A DNA stretch of 64,000 nt from Felis catus (taxonomy: Eukaryota), in assembly GCF_018350175.1 (NCBI RefSeq), contig NC_058368.1, positions 113,834,001-113,898,000 on the forward strand. The letters are read 5' to 3'. The notes below the pieces were generated by a model, which had not been told where the DNA came from, did no database searches, and was given only the letters and a program-made list of their open reading frames with translations. Within the stretch, counting starts at the first letter, position 1; the number at the start of each line of letters is the position of its first letter. The position numbers and the translations under genes are program-made. Shown one piece after another: positions 51,876 through 64,000 of this stretch.

Positions 51876-54800
51876 CTGAAAGACAGAGTACAGTGTCCCA
51901 GCCTCAAGCTGGCTACCACGACCAGAAACCAGGAGATCTGGCGTCCAGTCCTGGGCAACCGTCACCAGCAGGGTGACATGAGGAGTCCCGCTCTGTTCCC
52001 CTCGACCTCAGTGTCCTCATCCATAAAACAAATATGACACCCTACCTGCCTCCTACAACTGTCAAGCTGAGAAGTCCCTAAATACAAAGCAAAATGACCC
52101 TGTATCTATTTAGAGAAACATAAATATACATACATATGTAACACGTATGTGACCATGTATGTATCAAATGCTGAGAGAGGGTTCCTATGCAAAGAAATAA
52201 AGTAAAAAAAAAAAAAAAAAAAAAAGGCTGAAAGAAATCCTCCAAAACATTAGAAGAAGTTATCTCCAGACGGTAAAATTACATTTGTCCTCCCGTTGGC
52301 CTGTCTGTGTTGCCAAGTCTTCCTACTCGTATTCCTCAGCCTTCAATTACACTAGTTGAGTAAGAGGAGTTAAGCCTGGCAACTAGCCGCGTAGCAGGTG
52401 CACTGCCATCATTACTGCACAGACCTCCCCGCATGCCCCAAAGCAGAACCCGTCCTTTCTGCCACACACTCTCCTCTTAGCTTGTAGAGGGACATTACAT
52501 CACTCCCGATGTTGATAGGCCCGAGCTTGCTTCTAGCATGGCATCGTGTACAGGATTCAGTGTCTTCTTTTAAAATCCTTCAGTGCAGGTCACAGAAGGA
52601 AGGGGAGTGGAAACAGCAACAGACCTGGTGTCTGGGACACGTAGGTCTGGACGTGTGTTTCTAACTTGCTGCCGGGTGAAACTTCCCCTTTCCAGGCCTC
52701 AGTTCTCCGATTTGCAAAGCAACATGGCACACGGGCTACCTCGCCCCACGACAGGCTGCATCACAATCAGGTGGAGAGATTTTGAAAATATAGATTCCCA
52801 GGGCCTCCCTCCCAGAGACAACACTGGCTGGGACTCAGAAAAGGTACCTCAGGTGATTGGGATGTGCAGCCACGTGTCAGACCCAAAGACTCAATTTCTA
52901 GGATATAAACTTCACACGGACAAGGACCCTATACTATTCAGACTATTTTCCTGTGCCTGATGGTACTAGGTCCTTGTTTGAATGCCAAAATATGTAAAAT
53001 CCCATCTAGCAATTATGCTGGTTGTGCTGGTGGTTCCTCACAGTTGCCCTAAACTAACAGCAGATGGTGGTGTTGTATCAACAATGGCTATCCAACGGAC
53101 TTGGGTATAATGAAATTCAGTGTGTTCCAAAGCAGCCTCACCTGCCCCTCTCCCAGAACTAGCAGAGCCTGGGTTCCAGTCATGGCCTCTTTACCCTCCT
53201 CCAACCATCTGCGAGCACTGCTCACACGCTATTGAAAAAGAAAGCAGCATTGCAGGTCCTCAGGGTCTCCCCCGCCCTTCTGCAGCCTCTTCCACAAATG
53301 TTCACACTGATGTCTCCTGGACCTAAAAGCCACCATGGCTCCCAGCACTTCAAAGGGCCAGAAGTAGCCAGAGGCCAGAGTCTGGTTCTTCAGCCACCAA
53401 AGAACACCCACCATGCAGGTTCTCAACTCCAGAGGTGAGGCTTCCCCTAATCTTAGGGATGTGAAGCGTATAACAAAAGCTGACCTGGGAGCCTGAGGCC
53501 AGGGCTCTGACAGTAACTTGAGTCAAGAGTCCACCACTGGGAGAGGGAGCATTCCCTAAACTGAGGTCACCCAGTGCCACGGCCAGTAGAGTTGCCACCA
53601 TCCACAGCCAGAGCAGCCCCAGTGAACTCCACACAGTAACAAGGCCTGGGCAGCCTGGCACAGACGGAGCAGTTCGCCTCCAGAGGCAGATCTATGGCAG
53701 ATGGGGCCGGTCTGTGCTAGGGGCTCCACACGGGGCTGCCCCTCCACACTTGCTGCTTGAGATGCTCCTAGAAGCAGCCCCATGTCTCGGTGCCATTCCA
53801 CTCCTCCTCAGCTGTCCCTACATCCTTGAGCTTTGAACTTGCTCTCACGCCTAAAGTCACAGAAGATTCCTAGGAAGTACAAACAAGACTCTACCAAGAC
53901 TCTCTAAACCAAAATTACTAAAAGAGCTCTAGGAAGGGAGAGGAACCATGATATGTGTGCATTGAACTGGCCCCTGGGAACATCTACTGCAGCCCACTTA
54001 TTTCACATCTGAGGAATCAGAAGCCAGAAAGGGGGAAGGGACTTGCTCAAAGTCACATGGCAAGTTCTAGCAGACTCAACACTAAAGCATAGGCCTCCTG
54101 ACTTCCAGGCATTTGCTCCATGTTCAAGGAGGGCCAACTGGTCAGAATCAGCAAATACAATCTCACTAAAAGTAGTATTCCACATACAAATGCTTCTTAA
54201 ATGGGACCATACACCTTTTTGTTTTCTAACTAGTGAGCACACAAAAGTTTTTGAATAATATTAAAATAGCATTAAGGAATGCTGAGCAAGTAGTCATGTG
54301 TTTGGAACTGTAAAGTGAGAACACAATTCAGTCTTAAAAATACAATAAAGAAAAAAAATGCACACACAAAAAAGACCTTGAGGACAGTATGCTAAGTAAA
54401 AGAAGACAGAGAAACACAAATAACATATGATGTCCACTCATATGTAGAGTCTTAAAAAAAAAAAATCAAAGCCCACAATACAGAGAACAGATTGATAGTT
54501 GCCAGGGGGAGGGCCAAACGGGTGAAAGGAGTAGAAATCCTGACTCTACCAGTTATATGACCTTGAGCAAATTACTCACCCCCGGTCAACTTACTTTCTG
54601 TTAAGTGGAATTTATGTTGTGTCTACCTTTTAGGGGCAGTCGTGAGGACTAAATAAATTGAAGGTGCTTATTAAGACGGCACCTGACACGCAGCAAGCCT
54701 TCACTTTTCAGGGATGCAGTTATTTCCACAGAGATGGAAGGGATGATGGTGAAGAGAATATTCCCTGCGAGAGGTTAACATGTAAGTGCTTGTGTCGAGC

Positions 54801-54937
54801 TGGAAAGGTGCCAGTGGGAATACAGACATTAAAAGCAAAGAATGGGAAGGTGAAGTAAGGAAGAATGTTCAACTGTTGGTCTCCGGACCCACCTGGGAGT
54901 GGATCAGACATAGCCTGCGCCCTGAGGCTCCTCGTAC

Positions 54938-55066
54938 CTGCGCCACTGCGGCGGGTGCTCATGTCTGCCACATAGGTCCATTCATTGGTTGCTGGGTTGT
55001 ACTGCTCCACGGTACTCAGGCACTGGCGGGAAGCCCCATCATAACCCCCGACAGCATACAGCTTCC
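54938..55066 (-). CDS. KLHL3: KLHL3 coding exon (exon 12 equivalent)
   Basis: (G)KLYAVGGYDGASRQCLSTVEQYNPATNEWTYVADMSTRRSGA(G); 129 nt; tccag| and |gtacga. Confidence 0.97.
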
Positions 55067-55811
55067 CTGGAACAGACAAAGTGGTTGAGGGTGGCGGCAG
55101 GGACAGTGGCACAGAACTGGAGCTTGGCTGAAACTCCATTGTTAACCCACTGGGGCACCTTCATCGCCATGAGAGTTCAGGGACCCTTTCCTCCAGAGGG
55201 ACCACAAACCAGACTATGCATTCTTCACAATTCTGCCTTCTACTTCCTCTTAAGCCATGAGGCTCCTTAATGCAGTTCAGAGCATCTTTCTAAATAAGCA
55301 CCCTAAATACCCAATGCAAAGCTATGGCCTGGCACCACTGTGGCTCAGCATATTCTTGCTAGCGAACTATATTAGATCTTCTCCAGAATAAGGCACCCAA
55401 GAAATAAAAAGCTAGTGGGGCCCAGCTACAGGCAGGCAGATTGACTTTTGCCTAATGGCTTACAACAGCAGACAAAACAAATATGAGAAGATATTCTTCA
55501 GTGAGAACCCAAACCGTGACTTTACCATACTTCATGTGCTCCATCCACAATTCCAGCAAAGGGAACATGTGGTCGCAGCATGGTGTGTGCACTCTGGGCT
55601 GGGGTGGCTGGAATTCATCGATAGGCTCCCTTGTGATCTTTAAGCCATGCGCAAGATCACTGAAACACCATTACGCATAAATAAAAATACCATAAGTTGT
55701 TATCTAAAGGCATCATTTCTGCCTGGGGATGGACATATGCGGTTGGACGAGGGGCAGGAAATCAGCATTTCAGCTCCCCTAGAGCAGAGATTCAAACATG
55801 AAGGGTCTCTT

Positions 55812-55858
55812 CTTTCTCTTCCTCCCTCCCTTCTCTCTCTCTCTCTCTTCCCCCCCCC

Positions 55859-55905
<47 letters not shown>

Positions 55906-55911
55906 TGTGTG
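55812..55911. repeat. (CT)n / poly-C / (GT)n compound microsatellite
   Basis: Seen directly; (GT)n at 55861-55911. Confidence 0.95.
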
Positions 55912-56193
55912 GTAGGGGCAGTCCTACCTCACCTAGGCCTAGGCCTCAGACCTATGGGGAGTAATGGAGTTATAATAAGGATCTCAAACACTAACTGTAG
56001 ACTAAATAAACACTGCCAAATGCAAATCCACTTAATAGAGTTACTAACCAAATGAGGTGCTTTTTTTTTTTTTTTGTCCTTATGTGCTTTCCTGAGGGAG
56101 AAATACCAAAAATAAAACTACTATTTGGAAGTGTGCCATTTTTTTAAATTAGAAAGAAGCTCAAACTGCTGTCATATCAAATATAAAATTACT

Positions 56194-56407
56194 GGGGCAC
56201 CTGGTTGGCTCAGTCGGTTAAGCGTGTGACTTCAGCTCAGGTCACGATCTCACGGTTTGTGAGTTTGAGCCCTACATCGGGCTCTGCGCTAACAGCTCGG
56301 AGCCTGAAGCCTGCTTCGGATTCTGTGTCCCACTCTCTCTCTGTTCCTCCACTGCTCACACTCTGTCTCTCTCTCAAAAATAAATAAACATTTACAAAAA
56401 TGTTTTT
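56194..56407 (+). mobile_element. Can-SINE, intronic, antisense to KLHL3
   Basis: Typical head, CT tract and tail. Confidence 0.93.
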
Positions 56408-58444
56408 AATTATTTATTCTTCTATCATTGAGGCTGGTTTTGTTTTCTGCCCCAGAGTCCTTTCCAGGGACCCTTCTAAGAAAAAAGGGACACGTCCTCC
56501 CCAGTTCTGCCCTTACGTAAGCCAGAGCACAGATTCCTGACCCAACAACTCTTCCAGGGTCCAGGCTGCTCCCATGACATAGGCTGGCCAAGATGCAACA
56601 ACCTGCCCACCAGCTGCCCTCTGCTCGCCAAAACCTAAGTCATTCAGGTGTGGAGGAGATGCGGAGCTCCCGAGAACAACCCCAGTGTCATTCAGACCAG
56701 ACAGCCATGACAGAGGACAGAGAGAGGGCAGGGAAGACTGTGACCATGTGGAGAGCCCTATCTCCAAGGCCACGGTGAAGCAGAGGCCCCTTAAAATCCT
56801 CCTGAAACATTCTCACCAAAGCTATGAGGAGGACACACTGCAGCCCCAAGGTGACCCACAGCCAAAGAGCTTCAAATTCAGAATGGACAATATCAACAAA
56901 TTCCCAGGCTGTCCCCTGTCTCAACAGGCACGCTACAAGACAGCACTTCCTCCACACACAGAACATGCTCACACAAGCCCTTGTCAAGGGGAGTATTTCA
57001 AATCACGACCACGAAGGCAACTTCTCTAACCTGCCATCAACCATCCTAACCTTGCATCAGCTGAAAAAATACCGACTCAAGGTTTCTCCTTGAGTCTATT
57101 AACAGGGACTTGCTATTTTTAACCCCTGCACTATTGTTTAGTATTCCTGGCTGAGGAACAAGGGAGGAAATGGGAAGGTGGCTAGACAAAGCACTTATAT
57201 TTGGCAGACAAATCAATTTCTGTTTCCACCAGGAGGATGAGATTGCAAGAAACAATTTATCTTGAGAGGAGGACAAAATCCTTGCACTCACCAAAATGAC
57301 TCATTTAGTATGTTAGAATAATATACTTCTAAATGAAAATTTATGCAATACTGGTACAAACCAAGAAATGCAGTGAGAGAGAATATTTCTACTAATGTCT
57401 GTCTAATCACTGCACATTACACTCTCCCTAAAGCAAGTGTGTTCTTGTGGATGCATAGGAGATGGGGGGGGGGGGGCGGGGAGAGACAGAGACAGAGACA
57501 GACAGAGAGGGAGAGAGAGAGAGAGAGAATGCCTGCGTACATGTCTAAATGCATATATTCCAGCTACATTCCCACTTCAGGAGAGATTAATGAATCAGTG
57601 TCATCCTATAAAGTATACCATTTTTTTTCCAAATAAGACTCTATGCTTTAATACAGTGAATTCACACATATTTATAAAATCCCTATCAGCGTTTGCTAAT
57701 GGTCTGAAAGAGTGTAGCACAATGGAAAGAGCACGGAGTTAGGAGTCAGAAGACCCAGGCTCAAGGACCAGCTGTGCTATTTACTAACGTTGGGCATATC
57801 ACTTGCCCCTCTGGCACTTCATTTCCCCATGTGGAGAATGGAGAAAATCTAAGCCCTGTCTATCTCCTCCAAAAGGATTTTGGGAACAAAATTTATATAT
57901 AAAAGAGCCATTTATAAACTACAGAGCCCTAACTGGGCCCCGGATCTCACTACTCTCACCTGCCTCACCCCACACACCTTTCCTGACTTGAGCAGGACTC
58001 TGCCACCAACCTGTCCTGCAGTGACAGTAATCAGACCTGGGAAAACATGCCCACCTCACTCGAGGCTCTGTTAATGTGTTAATGTTCAACATATAAATAG
58101 GAGGACCAAACTAATTAAATAAAATGAACCCTCACCCCACCACATTATACTCCTACATTCTATGTTGACTCTAGATTCCTCAACCTATAACACAACTGTT
58201 GATAAGTAGCCAAAGCAACAGGCTGGTGTCTCCCCTTAGGCTCCACTTACTCCTCCCAATACACCTGGCCACCTGCTAGCATGAGCCAATAGCTGCACCC
58301 ATCTGCGCCTTAACTTTCTTCATCTGTTCCATCAGGATCCCTGAACCTGACTCAGAGCAGTGATAGGAGGAATAGAGCCAGGGTGCTGGGACAAGACCTG
58401 TGGGCTGGGGCAGGGACAGGCCGCCGCCCACTGGTATTCCTTAC

Positions 58445-58546
58445 CCTCCACGACACCCACACCCACGCTGCTCCGCCGTGTGTTCATTGGGGCCACGAAG
58501 AACCACTCGTTGGTCTTGTAGCTATAGGCTTCCACCGATGCTAAGC
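58445..58546 (-). CDS. KLHL3: KLHL3 coding exon (exon 11 equivalent), contains the RRSS regulatory motif
   Basis: (G)LASVEAYSYKTNEWFFVAPMNTRRSSVGVGVVE(G); 102 nt; cccag| and |gtaagg. Confidence 0.97.
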
Positions 58547-60034
58547 CTGGGAGACCAGAGACTTGTAAGATTTTTACTCATGAGGAGAGGTGAGGCCTCA
58601 TCTGGTGTGAGGCTGGGGGAAGGGTCAGAAACCTGGGGATATGGCTGAGTACCACCTCTACCTTGCCATGCAGCCTGGGGCACCTCCCTGATGCATGTCC
58701 TCAGTGTGTCTACCTGAGAGGACCACAAAGGCCTGACTCACGGTGGGTCACAAGAGGACATGGGGATACAACAGAACTGCCCTGCAAATGTAAATCATTA
58801 CATCTACTGAATGGAGTAAAAAACCTGAGGTTGCCTCACTTGAACATGTTCTTTTCTCTTTTCTTCCTCTACCTAAGAAGCTAGAAAGCTGAGAACTTAG
58901 CGTCCCACAACCATTAGGGGTGACTCAGTCAAGAAGGCCTAAGAAGAAGTCTGATGGGCATTTCTGAAATAGCCTTTGTTTTTCTACACCAACCTGCTTG
59001 ATGCTACCTGGAACACAAATGTGCCGGCTGGAGCTGTCACAGCCATCTTATGATCAGGAGGGTACAGCCAAGAGATGTTTAAAGAACCTTGGCCTCAATA
59101 TTCTTGAGCAAGCAGATGAAGTTAGCAACTGACAACTCCGGGACGTCTTCCTTTATGGGTAAAACAAGATCTCTCATTTGTTTAAGCCACAGTTTAGCGA
59201 GGTTTTTCTACTCACAGCCAAAAGCAATTTCTAGAAGAAACAATGCCCCACTCTCTTTTTTTGTCTTTATTCTCAGATCCTACCCACTAGAGGCAGCCTC
59301 TCAAGGGGCTATAGACCCTAAAATATTATGAGAGAGGCAAAGAGAAGAATTGGAAAGGTTACCAATTGGTAAGGACACAAATGAAAATTCAGAGAAGTAA
59401 AAAATACTGTTTTTCACATCCCTGGGGGCATTTCAGTGTTAAAAGAGTTACTGTCTATAGAGACATCCACCTGGAGGTACAGGAAAGGTGAGATAATCTC
59501 TCCAAGTTCATGTCTACTAGTAGTTTCTGATTTGAGCTCTGAAGCAACACAGAAGCCAGGAGCAATGGAACGCACCTGTGGTGGCACAGTCTGACAAAGC
59601 TTCGTGGGCCAGTAGAAAGGACAATGGATAAAGACTGCACGGCCTGAGCCAGGTCTCTTCCACAGCTTCCGTGTCCATCCAGAAGAGGGCTCTGACGTCC
59701 TGAGATGCCCTCCAGCTGAGCATGCTCTCTTTCTAAGTCTCATCTTTTTACAAAAATGGGTTCCCAAACAACAGAAAGGAGGAAAAGGCCTCATTTGAGT
59801 GCAGGAGCCTTCCTAGAATCCTGGAAATGATACCACCCATGTGGGCAGTTACATATTCCATGTGTAGAAAGGCCTGGCTCTGGCAAACAAGGTAGGAGAT
59901 GAAGAAGGAGGAGTGTGCTGTTGAGGTAGCTGTGGATGGACAGAAGGCTGACCCAAGAACTGGCTGAGCAAACCAGGGTTGCACTGAGGGCATGTCCCAG
60001 TCTAGGAGGAGTGGGGACCACATCCCGGACCTAC

Positions 60035-60232
60035 CAGTGCTTCCATCAAAGCCCCCCACGGCGTAGAGCAGGTCATTGAGCACGGCTGCACCCAGAGTGC
60101 TCCGGCGCTCCTGCATGCTGGCGATGGACGTCCACTGGTCCTTCACACCATCATACACATCCACTGTCCGCACGCGCAGTGAGCCGTTAAATCCACCCAC
60201 AGCATACACATGACCAGCCATGAACACCACAC
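60035..60232 (-). CDS. KLHL3: KLHL3 coding exon (exon 10 equivalent)
   Basis: (G)VVFMAGHVYAVGGFNGSLRVRTVDVYDGVKDQWTSIASMQERRSTLGAAVLNDLLYAVGGFDGST(G); 198 nt; ctcag| and |gtaggt. Confidence 0.97.
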
Positions 60233-60617
60233 CTGAGGCACAGGAAACCAAGGCATCGAGGTCATCTCAGGCGGCTGATCACTCGTGCTGATGAGTGACA
60301 GTGCGGGAGCCAGGCAGTCACATGAATAATTCTCCACAGAAAGTGATCTCCAACTTTACAGAATAGGAAGTCATTGAGGGACTCACTGGATTTCTATTCA
60401 TATATGCTTTTCCAAGGGTGTTTGATTCAAGCAAATACTGGTACTAGCTTCAAGTCCCTAAGCACATAGCAACTACCCCAGAAGGGGTAGCCAGATATTG
60501 GGCAAGTGGGGAATGGAAAGGAAGAGAGTCTGTAATGCACACGTTTGTGGAAACAAGGAGCAATTCAGGATTGCCAGCAGTAAGCAGAGACAGACTGGGG
60601 AAAGGCAGGCTGCTTAC

Positions 60618-60735
60618 CTGCTCTGCATCTCCTGGAGGGAAGCTCAGCTATCTGGTCCCACCGGTCCTCTTCAAAATCGTAGCATTCCACACTGCGGATC
60701 GCCTTGGGTGCCTGGCCACCAACCACAATCATGAC
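60618..60735 (-). CDS. KLHL3: KLHL3 coding exon (human exon 9 equivalent), start of Kelch repeat 1
   Basis: Translates VMIVVGGQAPKAIRSVECYDFEEDRWDQIAELPSRRCRA(G); 118 nt; acceptor ...ttctggag| and donor |gtaagc. Matches KLHL3 rather than KLHL2. Confidence 0.96.
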
Positions 60736-61564
60736 CTCCAGAAAGACAAACAGACATTGGCTGGGTCTCCACAACATGTGGATTCATGGATGATCAATCC
60801 CTGGCACTTCCACATGCCAACTGCCCAGGGTTCACGAATGATCTGCCATGCCCGTTGATGACAGAGTTACATACATGAAGATGCTACCCAGAATCACCAA
60901 CAGATAGACTTTCCTTGCACAGTCAGTCCTAACAAACAAAATTGTAAGGTCTACCCTTCCCAAAGACTTGTGCTCAGGGCTACGTTGGTGGTACATGTAG
61001 CCACTCAGGACATCTACAATCTCAATGCCCTCAAGGATTTGAGCCAGGGGACTCATTTCTTTTATCAAAACAAAATATTCCAAAATACATATATAAACTT
61101 GAATATATTTTTGGAATAGAGGGCAGAACTTGGATGCATGTTTAAGGTAAAATTACTTCAAAAATATTTCTGAATACACAGACTACAGGGGTGCACTTAT
61201 TCATTGTAGTCTGGGACAAAACTGTGAAAGACTGCATTGGGGTAGTTCCCAGAGAAATGTATTTAACTGATGATGTTCTGAAAAATCGTGCTAACAATAC
61301 CATCTCCACAAGTAAGGTAGCAGCTACCACTGCTGGTCACTGTGTGAAACGCCTGGTCATTTACTCATCATGTTAACTCTGTGAGGTAGATGTTTTCCGT
61401 ATTGACAAATAAGGAAATTAAAGCTCAGAGAACATAAATAAATTGCCCAAGGTCACACAGCTGCAAGTGGAAGAACAGAGACCGAAAACCAAGTCTACCT
61501 GATGGAGAGGTGAAGGCAGTCCCACCCCTCTCCTGCTCCAGACACAAGGTCCACGCAAAGACAG

Positions 61565-61795
61565 CTCACTACGTCTGCAGGTCACATTTCATTGGTGAGT
61601 CAGGAGATGAATTTTATGGATTGCAACCAACATACTTTTAATAGAGCAGCACAGAAAATATAGGAAGGGTGTTATTTCATGAAACAGTTGGTATGCTTAT
61701 ACACATGTGTATGTGTCTCCCGAATCACACTTTAAACAGATTTGTTAGTGTGGGGTATAGTCAGGAAAGAAAAAAAAAAAAAAAAAGGCCACTGC
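61565..61795 (+). mobile_element. MER119-like hAT-Charlie relic
   Basis: cattggtgagtcaggagatgaattttatggattgcaaccaacat...gttatttcatgaaac...ccactg. Confidence 0.5.
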
Positions 61796-62074
61796 TCCAG
61801 CTATAGTATTAAAACTGGAGCATTTAATTGTGGTATCCCTATTGTGACTTTGGTCACATGTTATTAATAACTAAAAAATAAAGTATCAAAGTTAACAATC
61901 GTATATATGTTTTAATAAACTGGTACAAATTCATGGTTGTCTCCATAACAACATCACTCTCACGGCTATTCTAAGAGGCCTTCTTACATGACGAGGAAGG
62001 TGTGGGAGTCACAGGCCGCCAATCAATAGGAATCACAGGACATTCTCATTACCTGTAGCTTGTATTATGTACTC

Positions 62075-62230
62075 CAGTGGTTCTCAAACTTCAATCACCT
62101 CGAGGGTTGTTAAAACACAAAATGCTAGGCCCCCCTCCTCAACCCTGCCAGAATTGCTGATTCAGCAGGTCTGGAGTAGGACAGACACTGTGCATAACAA
62201 GTTCCTGGTTGATGCTGGTGCTTCTGTTCC
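62075..62230 (+). mobile_element. MER5A-like hAT-Charlie relic
   Basis: cagtggttctcaaactt...aatcacct...ttgttaaaacaca...tgattcagcaggtctgg...aacaagttcc...gatgctg. Confidence 0.75.
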
Positions 62231-62919
62231 AAAGCATCTATCATACGAGGAGGCAGAACCAGTGCTGACTGCTATTGCTCATCAGTCATTTATGTCCCAA
62301 GATTCCACATCCAGGCCACCCACTACCCATGTGGGTGGTCACAGCTGTCTGTGGTCAAATGTGGGTAACCAATGTTCAAAAACTCAGAACTCAGTTCTGA
62401 CTTCTGGAACATTCCAAAGGAACCCAAGACACCCAGTGCAAAATTAGAGTTGCTGCTACTGCTTCTGGAAATAAACATTCTACATTTGACTCTCCATGAC
62501 ACAGCTCAAAGGGTCCACTGCTCTGTATCAAGAGCAGCCCTCTTCAGAGAAAACCTGAATCTGACATTACTTCCCATCTGTAATTCTTTGCTTAGATAGG
62601 CATCCATGACGAGTTTAAGGGGGAGTTAAGGAACACAGCCTTTTGGCAAGCTTCAGACAATGTCCACCTTACTCCTCCAGGGCCCAGTGACTCGCCGTGC
62701 ATTCTTAAACATGCCTAGGACTTGTACCGTCCTTCCAGTTTTGAGTTGGTAAAGCTAAAATGAAGGCACAATACTGCAACGATTTTGCATGAAATCTGGT
62801 TCTGGGGACTGGGTGAGAATAAAACCAGGTTTTAATTTTCTTTTTACAGTGACCTCAGTCACTCAACGCCTTCCATTCCCTCTCCTTGAAACATTCTCCC
62901 CCATTCCTGATCCCTCTGC

Positions 62920-63220
62920 TCTAACACATGCTTATTTTTCAGGTCTCAGTTTACATGTCACCTCCTTCAAAAGGACCTCTCTGATCTCAAATCTGAGTTA
63001 ATGTCCCTTCTCTGAGATCACACATGCCCTGTGTTCTCTCATTAAAACTGGCCCACACTGTGTTCTAACCTCCTAGTGACCTCGTCTCCCTGCCTGGATG
63101 GTGAGACTTGGCGGGGAAAAAAATCTATCTGCCTCAGTCACCAAGATAACCTCGGGGCCTTTTGGTGTCAGGTAAAAGTAGGACTCAGATATTTATTTGG
63201 GATAAGAAATGAATGAATGG
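62920..63220 (+). mobile_element. L2 3' remnant
   Basis: tcaggtctcagtttacatgtcacctcctt...; ends gtaggactcagatatttatttg...aatgaatgaat. Confidence 0.65.
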
Positions 63221-64000
63221 CAAGGAGCATACGTAAGAAACCAAATTAAAAAAAAATACACGGTTAAATCAAAGAAAATACACAATCCAGAATGTCACTT
63301 GCTGGGGTTAATACATGTTGGCCACCAGATTACAATTTGAGAAGCAAAAAATAAAAAAGAGAGAAAAAGAGAGCTTTTTCCATCTTTTCACTCAACCACC
63401 AGAAGAAAGACAGTTTATTCTTTGTACAAGTTATCAGGCTTTCTCTGTTTAAAAAAAAAAAAAAAAAAAGGCGAAGCTTTCGAGGAACCTCACCATGCCC
63501 CAGAAACAATCTTACACCAGGAGTAGGGAGGTACATTCATATTGGAGAAAAAACGAGCGCTTGTCTCTTGAGAATTGTCGTAGTTACACAGAAGCATTAC
63601 TATACAAACGCAAAAATTCCAATGCTAAGGTAAAACCTGAGAAGAAAAACAACAGGAATACAGGACAAGGTTTTCAAAACGAACTTCCCTTTGAGCTCAT
63701 AAAGCCACTGTTGAGGGACGACTGTGAACATTAAACCTCATACAATAATTTGGGAAGAGTAATTATGAGCTTGTGTGGAGCAGGACCACTGGTTTCTGAA
63801 AATGCAGAGATGGCTCAAGGCAGGAGGAGATGCACTTTCGGCTTCTTTCACAGGCCTAAGAAAGCCAATTTCTATGGCAAGCTTTGCAAGAGGCCACCAT
63901 ACAAGGAACACTATACCCGTTGTGTGATCATGCTGAGTAAAAGAAATAAATTTCCTATCGTGAATACTAATGGACGGTTGTTTCCATAGATACCTGATCC

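Noticed and set aside
6250..56407. tRNA genes at SINE heads
   Set aside because: Each continues into a Can-SINE body, CT tract or A tail; they are not standalone tRNAs.
45378..60735. KLHL2 identity
   Set aside because: Diagnostic residues (FEEDRWDQIAEL, GVKDQWTSIASMQER, SGQLYATGG, TLLPTNM) match KLHL3.
60736..64000. mir-874 (recalled as intronic in human KLHL3) and upstream KLHL3 exons
   Set aside because: No CTGCCCTGGCCCGAGGGACCGA-like hairpin or BTB/BACK coding sequence seen; probably beyond the right edge.

Overview
Mammalian, non-microbial DNA. The tRNA-derived Can-SINEs and the L1 type point to a felid, though the species cannot be fixed from this sequence. The right third holds the 3' part of KLHL3 on the minus strand: seven coding exons (human exons 9-15 equivalents, the six Kelch repeats through the stop codon, all GT-AG) plus a ~4.7 kb 3' UTR. 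The 5' exons lie beyond the right edge. The left ~40 kb appears intergenic and repeat-dominated. It has an L1-rich block (3.4-18.4 kb) with a near-full-length dead L1 and an LTR nested in another L1, then many Can-SINEs, MaLR/ERVL LTRs, L2/MIR remnants, DNA-transposon relics and microsatellites. I find no convincing undescribed multi-gene system. The best leads are a putative antisense promoter with an ORF0-like reading frame in the L1 5' UTR, a probable L1 3' transduction, a hairpin array in an LTR, a transposon-derived candidate poly(A) signal in the KLHL3 3' UTR, a GAG splice acceptor, and SINE target-site reuse. Repeat family names and human KLHL3 numbering come from recall, not a database search.
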